In this document: positions 18,735 to 29,575 of the stretch, in pieces | Numbering within the stretch: position 1 is the first letter of the stretch | How the letters are laid out: the number at the start of each line of letters is the position of its first letter | Assembly: GCA_900617105.1 (NCBI GenBank) | Contig: UYFQ01000006.1 | Span: 744,001-808,000 of the forward strand | DNA length: 64,000 nt | Source: Hydrurus foetidus | Lineage: Eukaryota | Reading direction: 5' to 3' | Notes under the pieces: model-generated | Told to the model about the DNA's origin: nothing | Seen by the model: only the letters and a program-made list of their open reading frames with translations | The model's database searches: none | Program-made: the position numbers and the translations under genes

Positions 18735-21074
18735 TTGAACTCCGACACCCCCCCCTCTACTGCGTCCAGTCCGCCGCCCGCCCTCGTGCCTCCCCAGGCT
18801 GAGAGTGCGTACCTCGGTCACGCCCCCGCTGCCCGGCTCGCCCGTGCGCTGCAACACCAGCACATCAGCGTTCGGGGGGCGCGCACGCACAACCTCAAGA
18901 ATATCAACCTCGACATCCCGCGCAACCAGTTGGTGGTGATTACGGGTTTGTCGGGTTCGGGCAAATCCAGCCTCGCCTTTGACACGCTGTACGCTGAAGG
19001 CCAGCGGCGCTATGTGGAAAGCCTGTCCACCTACGCGCGTCAGTTTTTGCAGTTGATGGACAAGCCCGATGTGGACGTGATTGAGGGCTTATCGCCCGCG
19101 ATCTCCATCGAGCAAAAAGCCGCCTCGCACAACCCGCGTTCCACGGTGGGCACGGTAACGGAGATTCACGACTACCTGCGTCTGCTGTTCGCCCGCGCGG
19201 GCACGCCGTACTGCCCCGACCACGAGCTGCCGCTGCAAGCCCAAAGCGTGGCACAGATGGTGGATGCGGTGCTGGCGATGCCGGAAGACACCAAACTGAT
19301 GATCCTCGCCCCCGTGGCCCGTGAGCGCAAAGGCGAGTTCTTGGACGTGTTCGCTGAGATGCAGGCCCATGGCTACGTGCGGTTTCGGGTGAATGGCGAG
19401 GTGGTGGCGTATGAGGAGCTGCCCAAGCTCAAAAAGACCGAGAAACACAATATCGACGTGGTAATTGACCGTATCAAGGTGCGGCCTGAGGCGAAAGAGG
19501 TGGTTGAATCTGCCGATGCCTTGCCTTTGGAGGGCGATTTGCCTGAAGTTTTGCCACTTCCGCTTGCTTTCCCTCTTCCATTAACTGCAACCGGCGTTGC
19601 GCCCTTGCCACCCGCTGGCCTGAAGCAACGCCTCGCCGAAAGCTTTGAGGCTGCACTGCGCCTCGCCGAGGGCCGTGCCATTGCGCTGGAGATGGACACT
19701 GGCATTGAACACCGCTTCAACGCCAAGTTCTCGTGCCCCGAATGCAGTTATTCGATCAGCGAGCTGGAGCCGCGCCTGTTCTCGTTCAACTCGCCGGTGG
19801 GCGCGTGTCCCGCGTGCGACGGCTTGGGCCAGCAAGAGACGTTCGACCCCGCCCGTGTGGTCGCCTTCCCGACGCTCAGCTTGGCCAGCGGTGCCATTAA
19901 GGGCTGGGATCGCCGCAACGGTTACTACTTTGCGCTGCTGGAAAGCCTCGCTAAACACTACAAATTTGACGTGGAAGCGCCGTTTGATTCGCTGCCTGCG
20001 GAGGTTCGGCAAGCGGTGCTGCACGGCTCGGGCGAGGTAGAGATCAAATTCAGTTATGTGATGGACTCGGGCAACTTTGAAGGTAAAAAGACCAGCAAAA
20101 AGCACCCCTTCGAGGGCATCATCCCGAACATGACGCGCCGCTACCGTGAGACCGATTCCGTCGCCGTGCGCGACGAGTTGGCCCGCTACCGTAGCCAGCA
20201 GGTCTGCACCGAATGCCAAGGCTCACGCCTGCGCCGTGAGGCCCGCCATGTGATGCTGGGGGAAGGCGAGCAATCCCGCGCCATCTACCAAATCAGCAAC
20301 GCCACCCTGCGCGACTGCCATGCTTATTTTCTGACCCTGAAAATGCACGGGGCCAAAGGCGAGATCGCCGACAAGGTGGTGCGCGAAATCGGCGCACGGC
20401 TCAAGTTTTTGAACGACGTGGGCCTGAACTACCTCAGCCTTGACCGCAGCGCCGAGACGCTTTCAGGCGGTGAATCTCAGCGCATCCGCCTCGCCAGCCA
20501 AATTGGCTCAGGTTTGACGGGTGTGATGTACGTGCTGGACGAGCCCAGCATCGGCCTGCACCAGCGCGACAACGACCGCCTGATCGGCACGCTGCAACAC
20601 CTGCGCGACATTGGCAACAGCGTGCTGGTGGTGGAGCACGACGAAGACATGATGCGTGCCGCCGATTACGTGATCGACATGGGGCCGGGCGCGGGCATCC
20701 ACGGCGGGCAGGTGATTGCGCAGGGTGACTTTGAAACAGTCAAAAACTGTGCGGCATCGCTCACCGGCCAGTACCTTTCGGGCACCAAAACCATTGCCGT
20801 GCCCGCCACGCGCCACGCGGCCACCGAGGCCGTGCTTACTATCGTCAACGCCACGGGCAACAACCTCAAGGGCGTGACGGTGGACATCCCCGTGGGCCTG
20901 CTGACCTGCGTCACCGGCGTGTCGGGTTCCGGCAAATCCACGCTGGTGAACGACACGCTGTACACCGCTGCGGCCCGCCACATCTACCGCGCCCACGCTG
21001 AGCCCGCACCGCATGACAGCATCGAGGGCATGGGGCAGTTCGATAAAGTCATCAACGTCGATCAGTCCCCGATT

Positions 21075-21110
<36 letters not shown>

Positions 21111-21818
21111 GGCCTGTTCACCCCCATCCGCGAGTTGATGGCCGAAATGCCCACCGCCCGCGAACGCGGCTACGGCCCAGGGCGCTTCAGCTTCAACGTG
21201 GCCGGTGGCCGCTGCGAAGCCTGCCAGGGCGACGGCATGGTGAAGGTGGAAATGCACTTCCTGCCCGATGTCTACGTACCTTGCGACGTGTGCCACGGGA
21301 TGCGCTACAACCGTGAAACGCTGGAAGTGCTCTACAAGGGCAAGAACATCGCGCAAATCCTTGATTTAACCGTCGAAGCCGCGCACGAATTTTTGAAAGC
21401 CGTGCCCCACATCGCCCGCAAGCTGCACACCTTGCTGGACGTGGGCCTGTCGTACATCCGCCTGGGCCAATCGGCTACCACCCTCTCTGGCGGCGAGGCG
21501 CAGCGCGTCAAGCTAGCGCTGGAACTCAGCAAACGCGACACGGGCCGCACCCTCTACATCCTGGACGAACCCACCACCGGGCTGCACTTTGCCGACATTG
21601 ATTTGCTGCTGAAGGTGCTGCACCAACTGCGCGATGCAGGCAACACCATCGTCATCATCGAGCACAACCTGGACGTGATCAAAACAGCCGACTGGCTGAT
21701 CGACATGGGGCCAGAAGGCGGCGCTGGCGGCGGGCAGGTGGTGGGTGTAGGCACACCTGAGACGCTGGCGGACAACGCGGCGAGCTTCACGGGGCATTAT
21801 TTGAAGCGCTTGTTGTGA
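18735..21818 (+). CDS. uvrA: Excinuclease ABC subunit A
   Basis: Two Walker A motifs ([16 protein letters not shown]), LSGGE signatures, zinc fingers; start uncertain. Confidence 0.97.
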
Positions 21819-21922
21819 ACGCCAACACCACAGGATGTGCCAAAGCACGCCGCGCTGTCGGGGATTGACTATGTGACTCGAACGATTGACGAGCGGGCTT
21901 GTGTGGCGATGAACCGGGGCAA

Positions 21923-22750
21923 TTAAGCCGTCTTAGCCGCCTGCAACACCGCCCGCGTACGCACCGCTTCCGTCCGCGCGGCCTGCGCAAAATCCCGCTC
22001 CGACGACGCATAGAGCACCGCGCGTGACGAGTTCACCACGATAGGGGCATTGGCTCGCCACCCGGCTTTCACCGTGGCGATGGCATCGCCGCCCTGAGCC
22101 CCTACACCGGGGATTAGGAGCGGCAAGTTGGAGGCGACGCGGCGCACGGCTTCGATCTCTGCGGGGTAGGTGGCACCTACCACCAAGCCGAGCTGGCCGT
22201 TCAGGTTCCACGGGCCTTGGGCGAGGCGGGCGACATGCTCGTACAGCAGGGGGGCACCGTCCACGCTGGACAAGCGCTGGTTTTGCAGGTCGTCGCCACC
22301 GGGGTTGGAGGTGCGGCACAGCAAGAAAGCGCCTTTGTTGTGGTACTTCAAGTACGGCTGCACCGAGTCAAACCCCATGAAGGGCGACAGGGTGACGGCG
22401 TCTGCGCCGTAGCGCTCAAAGGCTTCAATCGCGTACTGCTCGGCGGTGCTGCCGATGTCGCCGCGTTTGGCGTCCAAGATCACCGGCACCTCGGGCGCGG
22501 CGCGGCGCATGTGCATGATGAGTTGCTCCAGCTGCCCTTCGGCACGGTGGGCGGCGAAGTAGGCGATTTGGGGCTTGAAGGCGATCACCACGTCAGCGGT
22601 AGCGTCCACGATGGCGGCGCAGAAATCGTAAATTTTGCGCGGATCTTGGTTGAAGTGGGCGGGGAATTTGGCAGGGTCCGGGTCAAGGCCCACGCACAGC
22701 ATGGATTGGTTGTGGTCTTGGGCAGCCTGGAGTTGGTCTAGAAAGGTCAT
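21923..22750 (-). CDS. pyrF: Orotidine-5'-phosphate decarboxylase
   Basis: [33 protein letters not shown]. Confidence 0.95.
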   Translation of the reverse strand: MTFLDQLQAAQDHNQSMLCVGLDPDPAKFPAHFNQDPRKIYDFCAAIVDATADVVIAFKPQIAYFAAHRAEGQLEQLIMHMRRAAPEVPVILDAKRGDIGSTAEQYAIEAFERYGADAVTLSPFMGFDSVQPYLKYHNKGAFLLCRTSNPGGDDLQNQRLSSVDGAPLLYEHVARLAQGPWNLNGQLGLVVGATYPAEIEAVRRVASNLPLLIPGVGAQGGDAIATVKAGWRANAPIVVNSSRAVLYASSERDFAQAARTEAVRTRAVLQAAKTA

Positions 22751-22793
22751 ACCCGATTTTAAAGGGTGGGGTGTTGGCCTTTGATGTCGACCG

Positions 22794-23696
22794 CTACTTT
22801 GACTTTTGCACCACGCTTTGCGCCAGACACAAATCAGCCCAAGCATTGGCTTTGAGGGACACGTTGCGCAGCAGGGTCAAGGGGTGGTAGCTCACCACCA
22901 CCGGCACGCCATGGTAGGCGTAGACCTGACCGCGCAGCTTGCCGGTCGGGATGGTGTGGAAGTTGGGCACGCTGTCGGCCAGCAACGCCTGCACAGAAAA
23001 GCGGCCTAATGCGAGGATCACTTTGGGACGCAGTAGCTCAATTTGACGCTGCAAATACGGTGCGCATTGGGCCAATTCGGTGGCCGTCGGGTTGCGGTTG
23101 TGGGGCGTGCGGCATTTCATCACATGGGTGATGTAGGTCTGATGCTGGCGGTTGAGTTTCAGCGCTTTGAGCATGTTGTCCAACAAGTGGCCTGCATCGC
23201 CGGTGAACGGCTCACCTTGCGATTCTTCGCTGTCGTCTGGCGGCTCGCCCACGATGAGCCAGTCCACCTGGGGCGCGAGGGCGGGGGCTGTGGGGGCTTG
23301 GCCCACGCCGAAGACGGTGTTTTTACGGGTTTCGCACAGGCCGCAGGCTTGGCAGTTGGCGACAGCATCTTGCAGGGCAGGCCAGTCGAGGTGGCTGGCA
23401 AGGGGCAGGGCGGTGCTGACCAAGGGGGCGGGGGGCCGTTGTGCCACGGTGGGGGCTGGAGGGTGCACCGTGGGCACGTGGAGGGCTGTTTTGACGCTGT
23501 TTTCAGCATCAAATGAGGCTTTGAGGCTTATATTTAATGTTGTAGCAGCTATAAATTCAGGAGTTCCTTGCGTGACTGTTGCAGGGCGGGTGACGGCAAG
23601 TACCTCAGGTGCGGCCACCTCAAGCGCGGGCCACCAGACTTTGACGCCCATTTCTTTGAGCATGGCGCGTTGGCGCGGGGCGAGTTCCAGACTCAT
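22794..23696 (-). CDS. Uracil-DNA glycosylase family 4-like protein
   Basis: CQACGLC Fe-S ligands, GEP..GEPF, KCR..NRNP, YHP; follows tsaB-rimI. Confidence 0.85.
   Translation of the reverse strand: MSLELAPRQRAMLKEMGVKVWWPALEVAAPEVLAVTRPATVTQGTPEFIAATTLNISLKASFDAENSVKTALHVPTVHPPAPTVAQRPPAPLVSTALPLASHLDWPALQDAVANCQACGLCETRKNTVFGVGQAPTAPALAPQVDWLIVGEPPDDSEESQGEPFTGDAGHLLDNMLKALKLNRQHQTYITHVMKCRTPHNRNPTATELAQCAPYLQRQIELLRPKVILALGRFSVQALLADSVPNFHTIPTGKLRGQVYAYHGVPVVVSYHPLTLLRNVSLKANAWADLCLAQSVVQKSK
23509..23564 (+). repeat. 56-bp dispersed motif, copy 2 (inside the udg linker)
   Basis: TCAAAT...CAGCTATAAATTCAGGAGT; AT-rich patch in a GC-rich gene. Confidence 0.8.
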
Positions 23697-23697
23697 T

Positions 23698-24198
23698 TCA
23701 GACCTTCACGTCCACGGACAGTTTCAAACTCATCACCAGGGCGTCTTCGCGCGCGCCATGGGTGTCGGGGTAGTAGTCTTTGCGCCGTCCCACCAGCCCA
23801 AAGCCGTGGCGCTGGTAGACATGGCGGGCGCGGGTGTTGCCGTCGCGCACTTCCAGCCACAGCCACTGTGCGCCCTGGCCGCGTGACCAGATGGCCAGCG
23901 CCTCCAGCATCACCTGTGCCCAGCCTTGGCGCTGGTAGGCGGGGGCGACGGTGATGTTGAGCAGGTGGACTTCTTCAAAGCCTTGCATGGCGACGAAATA
24001 GCCCAGCACGGTGTCCCCAGCCAAGAGCACCTGCGCCGCGTACCCGGCCTTCAGCGTATCAGTGAAGTTGCCCCGGCTCCAGGGGTGGCCGTAGGCGGTT
24101 TGCTCGACGGCGACCACCGCGTCCAGCAGTGCGCCATCGACCAGCGGTTCAAACCGGGTTTCCAGGGCGCAGGGCGGGGGGCTGAGGACGGCGTTCAT
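23698..24198 (-). CDS. rimI: Ribosomal protein S18 alanine N-acetyltransferase
   Basis: HLLNITV, QRQG, LEVR..N, RKDYY, REDALVM. Confidence 0.93.
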   Translation of the reverse strand: MNAVLSPPPCALETRFEPLVDGALLDAVVAVEQTAYGHPWSRGNFTDTLKAGYAAQVLLAGDTVLGYFVAMQGFEEVHLLNITVAPAYQRQGWAQVMLEALAIWSRGQGAQWLWLEVRDGNTRARHVYQRHGFGLVGRRKDYYPDTHGAREDALVMSLKLSVDVKV

Positions 24199-24908
24199 GG
24201 GGTGATGAGGGGCGTCGGCGAAATAGGCGCGATTTTGGCAGCAGCGCGTTCTGCCGTCGTGCTGGCCACTTTATCGCGGATGTAGCGGGGCAGGGCATCG
24301 TCGGCCTGCACCGCTTGACCGGCTGCGAGCAAGGCCGGGGCCAAGCGCAGCAGCGCGGTGGCCGTGGGCAGCGCGGCAAAGTGGGGGATGCCTGTGGGCA
24401 GGCGCTCGCTGTAGGCGTTGAGCGTGTTTCCGGCGTAGGCCCAGCCAGCTTCACCGGGCACAGTTTCGGGCTTAACCAGCGTGGGCAGCACGTCGAACCA
24501 GCGTTCACCGCTGTCAAAGTCGTAGCTTGCACAGTAAATTTCGTCCATCCGCGCGTCCAGCATCGCTACCACGCGGCGCGTACCGTGCTGGTGCCGGGCT
24601 TCTTCGGCCACGGCGAGCAGGGTGTCAATGGGCAGCACGCGGATGTTGTTGTCAGCACCGAACGACAGACCTTGGGCCACGGAACACGCCGTGCGCAGGC
24701 CGGTGAACGAGCCGGGGCCACGGCCAAAGGCGATCACGTCCAACTCAGCAAACGTCAGCCCCGCTTGTGCCATCAGCGCCAAGATCGCGGGGATCAGCGT
24801 GGCGGACGTGGCCGCACCGCCCACGCCGTGGTGCTGCCACAACGCGTCGCCACGCGAAACGGCGATGGACATCACCTCGGTGCTGGTGTCAAAAGCGAGC
24901 AGGTTCAT
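24195..24908 (-). CDS. tsaB: t6A tRNA modification protein TsaB
   Basis: LAFDTST, GPGSFTGLR, DARMDE, PRYIR. Confidence 0.95.
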   Translation of the reverse strand: MNLLAFDTSTEVMSIAVSRGDALWQHHGVGGAATSATLIPAILALMAQAGLTFAELDVIAFGRGPGSFTGLRTACSVAQGLSFGADNNIRVLPIDTLLAVAEEARHQHGTRRVVAMLDARMDEIYCASYDFDSGERWFDVLPTLVKPETVPGEAGWAYAGNTLNAYSERLPTGIPHFAALPTATALLRLAPALLAAGQAVQADDALPRYIRDKVASTTAERAAAKIAPISPTPLITP

Positions 24909-24927
24909 AGGGAGAGAGATTTCAAAG

Positions 24928-24983
24928 TCAAATCAGCCATGGCAGCACTAGATACGGGTGCTGGAAGCTATGGAATCAGGAGT
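24928..24983 (+). repeat. 56-bp dispersed motif, copy 3 (spans the DMT gene stop codon)
   Basis: TCAAAT...AGCTATGGAATCAGGAGT, same spacing as the other copies. Confidence 0.75.
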
Positions 24984-25988
24984 GATTGGCGTGGCGAGTG
25001 TGATGGGCGGCAAAGCAGGCTTGGCCTTGCGCACGCCAAACAAAATCCCCAGCGTCACCAAGGCCAGCCCGGCGAGCAAGTTCCAGTACAGCGGCTCACC
25101 CAAGAAGTACACCGCCCCCAGCGCCGACAAACTGGGCACCAGCGCGGTAATCATGGTGGAGCGCACCGGGCCGAAGTGCTGGATCATCTTGGTGAACCCA
25201 ATGCCCGACACCACCACCGAACCCAGCCCTTGGAACACCATGTGGAACACGATCTCGCTCCAAGGTGCGGCGCTCAGGTGCGAGGGCACGGCTTCCAGCA
25301 GCACCAGCAGGCTGTACACCGGCACATAGGTGACAACGGCAAACACGGTGATGGCGGCGGTGGCCTTCACCGCGTCCAGCGCGTGCTTGCGGGCCAGCAC
25401 CGAGTAAAACGCCCAGCAGGTGGAGGCGCTCAAAAACAGCACATCGCCCTTCCACGTCTCGCCGCCGTCAAAGGCTTTGAGCAAACTCGCGCCACCCACC
25501 AACACATCGCCAGCCAAAATCAGCGCCAGCCCCAGTGCACGGGTGGGCGTGATGCGGTCTTTCAGTATGAAGGCGGCCACCAGCGTGGTCGTCAGTGGCA
25601 GCGTGCCCGGCAGCAGCACCGAAGCATGGGCCGCAGGCGCGAAAAAGAAGCCGCTGTAGGCCAGCATGGCGTAGCCCAAGCCCCCCAGTGAACCGATCAA
25701 CGCTGTCAATTTGAACGGCAGCGGCGACAAGCCCAGCCAGCCTTGCAGCTTTTCAGTTTTGACCAACCACCAGCCCCAAGGCACCAGCACCACAGCGGCA
25801 CCGATGAAGCGGGCGAAGGCGATGTCAAACGGCGTTAAGGTGCGCTGCGCCGAAGCGCGGGCGATGACGATAAAGGCTGTCCAGATTGCCACGGTGACGA
25901 CGGCGGCAAGGATGCCTGTGGCTTTGGGGGAGAGAAACGGCGGTGACAGGGGCTGCATGGGGGACGCAGCAGGTGGGGATATTGGCAT
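24948..25988 (-). CDS. DMT/EamA family transporter
   Basis: Two EamA-like repeats, about 10 hydrophobic helices, FLGE motif. Confidence 0.85.
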   Translation of the reverse strand: MPISPPAASPMQPLSPPFLSPKATGILAAVVTVAIWTAFIVIARASAQRTLTPFDIAFARFIGAAVVLVPWGWWLVKTEKLQGWLGLSPLPFKLTALIGSLGGLGYAMLAYSGFFFAPAAHASVLLPGTLPLTTTLVAAFILKDRITPTRALGLALILAGDVLVGGASLLKAFDGGETWKGDVLFLSASTCWAFYSVLARKHALDAVKATAAITVFAVVTYVPVYSLLVLLEAVPSHLSAAPWSEIVFHMVFQGLGSVVVSGIGFTKMIQHFGPVRSTMITALVPSLSALGAVYFLGEPLYWNLLAGLALVTLGILFGVRKAKPALPPITLATPITPDSIASSTRI

Positions 25989-26053
25989 GGGGTGATTATC
26001 GCCACCCGCCCTGGTCACGGCTGCGTGCCACCCAGGCAGCGGTCGATCATGCT

Positions 26054-26086
26054 TGTAATCAATGTGTCACGCACGCAGCGTATGTT
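26054..26086 (+). promoter_or_regulatory. Pho-box-like repeat plus -10 element
   Basis: TGTAAT (26054) and TGTCAC (26065) 11 bp apart; TATGTT begins 10 nt after the box. Confidence 0.55.
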
Positions 26087-26127
26087 CGCAGGAGATATTT
26101 ATCCCATTCACTTCGAAGCCTTATCCC

Positions 26128-28209
26128 ATGAAATAAAGCAAAGAAAATCTGCTGTTGAGCAGCTTGGCGGCGGCCCTGCTGTTGTCTGCCTGCGGTGGCA
26201 GCAGCGACAGCGGTACTGCCGTTGCCCCCACACCCGTCACTGTGAACGGTGTCTTTCTGGATGCGGCGGTGGAAGGTCTTGACTACGCTGTGGCGAATGG
26301 GAGCAAAAACAGCACGACCAGCACGGGCGGCTACACCTGCCAATCCGGCGATACGCTGGCGTTTTCGGTCGGCGGTATCGCGCTGGGTTCTGCGCCATGC
26401 GCGGCAACCGTCACGCCACTGAATTTGGCTAACTCCAGCAACGTCAAGGACGACGGCACCGTCAACCGCTTGCTGCTTTTGCAATTGCTGGATGGCGACA
26501 ACGATGCTGCCAACGGCATCCAAATTGCACCTGCCATCAAAACAGCGCTTGCCAACCAAACGCTGGATTTCAAGGCCACTGCGGCCAGCTTCAATACGGC
26601 GATGGCGGCTGCCCTGACCAAGCTGCCTGCCACTTACCAAAGCCGTACGGTGGATGCCGACCGTCGCATGCTTGTGCGTGAGCATTTTGAAGACACCATG
26701 GCCTCCAAACTCGGTACACCGGTGGTGGATGCCATCACGCAAACCCATGCCTTGGGCGCAGTCAGTGCCAGCGTCACGCGCTATCAAATACAGGCTGCAG
26801 ATACTTTTTTTGTGCCGTATGAAGGCAGCGGCGCGGCTGTTAAGGCTGATTTCCCCAAGGGATTTTTGCCCTCCTATGGCTCTGGTTTGACCTTCAAAGG
26901 CAAGGCGGCCGATGGTTCGTTAGAGTTTTATGGCATCACTGACCGTGGCCCGAACGGCGATGGCCCCAAAGTGCCCAATGCCGTCGTGACCACAGGTGCC
27001 ACGGGCACCAGCGATGCCAAGTTTTTCCCTTCACCCAGTTTTGTGCCAGCGTTTGGCCTGATTAGCCTGGGCAAGAATGGTGCGGTTTTAAAAACCAGCA
27101 CCCCCATCAAGTTCAGCGCCAGCATCCATGCCTCTGGCCTGTCTATCGCACCCGGCAAGGTCGGCTCTTCTGCCGAAGTGCCGCTGAACGATGCCGCCAA
27201 ATACGATGCCACCAGCAAAACGGCCTTCAGTGACTATGGCGTAGACACCGAATCCATCGTCTACGATGCGGCGCGCGGCGTGCTCTGGGTGTCGGATGAA
27301 TACGGCCCCTTCATCATGAAAATTGACATTGCAACCGGCGTCATCCTGAAAAAATACCAGCCCGGCACAGGCGCTGGCGATCTTCCTGCCGTGCTGCTGA
27401 AACGCCGCGCTAACCGTGGCATGGAAGGCTTGTCGCTGGAAGTCGCCAGCGGAAAGCTGAATGGCTTTGTGCAAAGCCCGCTGGACGACGGCAAGGCCAA
27501 TTACCTCGTGCCCGGTGCGGCGGCGGCGACCAGTGAAAGCATCAAAGATTACGCCAAGTTCAACCGCTGGGTCGAGTTTGACCCCAGCACAGAAAAAACC
27601 AAGCTGTACGCCTACCCACTGGACGGCTCGCAGTACACGGCTGGCAAAACGGGCAATGCCAAGCTGGGTGATGTGGTCTCGCTGGGTAACGGCAAGTTCA
27701 TTGTGATTGAACAAGGCGCAGGCCCGGACGGCAAGGTATTCAACCGTCTGATGCTGGTGCAAGTGCCCAGCAATGCCACCGACATTGCCAGCATGAACAG
27801 TGACCTTGAAAAAAGCAGCATGACCGCTGCGGCCGTGAACGGCGTTAACTTTGCAAACGTCGTCACGCTGAAGAAAACCGTGCTGTTTGACTTGAACAAC
27901 GCGGGCTGGCTGGCAGAAAAAGCCGAAGGTCTGGCCTTGGTCGATGAAAACACCTTGGCGCTGACGAATGACGATGACTTTGGCATGAAGACCGTGATCG
28001 CTGACGCGACTGGCACCATCGTTGCAGGGGCCGATGTCACCAAATGCACCGTCGATGCCAACGGTGCCTTGGCGACCACGGCCGGTGCTGTCGGTTGCGT
28101 CGCTGGTAACACGATGCGCGTTGCCCGTGGTGCAGACACAGAGCGCCCCAACCGCATCTGGCTGTTCAAGTTCGACAAGAAGCTGGCTGACTTCAATATC
28201 CCTTTGTGA
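26128..28209 (+). CDS. Esterase-like activity of phytase family lipoprotein; in-frame TAA at codon 3 (possible pseudogene, or TTG start at 26155)
   Basis: Lipobox LSAC, ITDRGPN, DTES, SDEYGP, NRGMEG, KAEG, NDDDFG; ATG AAA TAA at 26128. Confidence 0.8.
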
Positions 28210-28269
28210 TACAGCCTCGGCGTGAGCTTGCTTTGACGTTCACCCGTCGGGCAAGTCCCGCCGCTTAGA

Positions 28270-28593
28270 TCAAACGCCCCAAACCACGTCCTTGCCCGCT
28301 GCGCTGCACCGCTTCAACATCTCGATGAACGGCAGAGCTCGCTGGCGCAGCGACACCGCCTCTTGCTTAGGCGCGACCTCCCCCTTGCTCTCAGCCAGCG
28401 CCACAGCCGCTTTGTGGTCAGCGTCTTCTTGCGCCACCGCCTGCTCTAAAGCCGTGATAGCCGTCGCCATGTCAGCCGCCAAGATGATGCCCTGCGGCCC
28501 GGTCTCTTTGCCCATCACCTCCAGCACCCGCCGCCCATTCGGTTCCAGCATGATGAGATCGCCTGCGGCTGGGGATTTGAATTTGTAGAGCAT
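28270..28593 (-). CDS. DUF1840 family protein
   Basis: MLYKFKS.AAGDLIM, LRQRALPFIEML, VVWGV. Confidence 0.85.
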   Translation of the reverse strand: MLYKFKSPAAGDLIMLEPNGRRVLEVMGKETGPQGIILAADMATAITALEQAVAQEDADHKAAVALAESKGEVAPKQEAVSLRQRALPFIEMLKRCSAAGKDVVWGV

Positions 28594-28644
28594 GGGGGTC
28601 TTGGGAATGAGTGTGAGGAATGGGGTATGCCAGATGACAGTGAA

Positions 28645-28941
28645 TCAACTGCCAGGCCAGCGGATGGGGCTACGGCGGTGGTGCAGACAGGCCAAGATGG
28701 AGACTTGGTTGCCATTGAGCAACTCGAAATGCAGCGCGTAGGGAAAGCGCCTCAGCAAAACCCGTCGAAATCGACCTCGCGTAGGTGCAAAAGCCTCTGG
28801 GTTGCGTGTCAGCTGTTCCTCGGCTGCGGCGATGACCCGTAAAAAATCACCCCCCAAACCGTAAGATTTTTGCTCGTACCAGTCAAACGCATCGCCAATA
28901 TCGGCTTGTGCTGCGGCTTCAAAAATAACTTGCCACGTCAT
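28645..28941 (-). CDS. RelE/ParE family toxin
   Basis: A.ADI..AFDWYE...GLG..F, RRFPY, H.RR.P..W; 4-bp overlap with the antitoxin. Confidence 0.85.
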   Translation of the reverse strand: MTWQVIFEAAAQADIGDAFDWYEQKSYGLGGDFLRVIAAAEEQLTRNPEAFAPTRGRFRRVLLRRFPYALHFELLNGNQVSILACLHHRRSPIRWPGS

Positions 28942-29153
28942 AAGCGAACGCTGAGCGACGCTGCGATGTCGGCCAAGCGTTTGCCCTGTGCGGGATGGGC
29001 ATCACGCCAAGCGGCGCGGCGTTCCAGTTCGTCCAGCACCTCTGCGCGGGTTTCAATGGCGGACTCAGCGGCGAATTCATCCCACAGATCTTCTACCAGT
29101 TGAAGGCGCTCAAATCTACCGAGGTGCTGCAAAGGTTGTAGGGCGGTTTTCAT
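28938..29153 (-). CDS. Addiction-module antitoxin
   Basis: ERLQLVEDLWD, ELERR; small acidic ORF upstream of ParE. Confidence 0.85.
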   Translation of the reverse strand: MKTALQPLQHLGRFERLQLVEDLWDEFAAESAIETRAEVLDELERRAAWRDAHPAQGKRLADIAASLSVRL

Positions 29154-29189
29154 GCGGGAAAGTCTAGCACCATCACCGCAAGTTGGTGG

Positions 29190-29426
29190 TCAGTGAATCT
29201 CAGCGATTTCGCTACAAGCTTGGCCTTGCACCTGATGCTCCCGGTCAGCGGCGAAGGCCAGCACGGCGTAGATGTCTTCGGCTTCCAGCTCAGGAAAGTC
29301 TTCCAAAATTTCCGCTTGCCCCATGCCGTTGGAGAGCATGGACAGCACGTCGTACACCGTGATGCGCAGCCCGCGTACACAAGGCCTGCCGCCGCGTTTG
29401 CCGGGTTCAAGGGTGATTCTGTTCAT
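29190..29426 (-). CDS. DUF433 family protein (antitoxin-like)
   Basis: [38 protein letters not shown]. Confidence 0.9.
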   Translation of the reverse strand: MNRITLEPGKRGGRPCVRGLRITVYDVLSMLSNGMGQAEILEDFPELEAEDIYAVLAFAADREHQVQGQACSEIAEIH

Positions 29427-29539
29427 GGCGTGTCCGTGCGAGTCGAGGTGCTGAGGATTTTTGCATGAAACCTTGCACCTGCCTTGCCCATGTCCTCGGC
29501 TGGCTTCGTCTCCCGGTTAACTTTCCGCGCAAACCCCGC

Positions 29540-29573
29540 TTGACAATAAATAGTTTAGGTCTAAACTATTTAT
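29540..29573 (+). promoter_or_regulatory. Sigma70 promoter overlapped by a perfect 13-2-13 palindrome (probable MarR operator)
   Basis: TTGACA 29540-29545; ATAAATAGTTTAG-GT-CTAAACTATTTAT 29546-29573 contains the -10-like TAAACT. Confidence 0.8.
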
Positions 29574-29575
29574 CC

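Noticed and set aside
24315..25691. Long antisense ORFs (also 16689-17897, 36985-38295, 45234-46628, 47506-48663, 51369-52634)
   Set aside because: Opposite well-supported genes; expected from GC-rich codon bias and no recognisable motifs.
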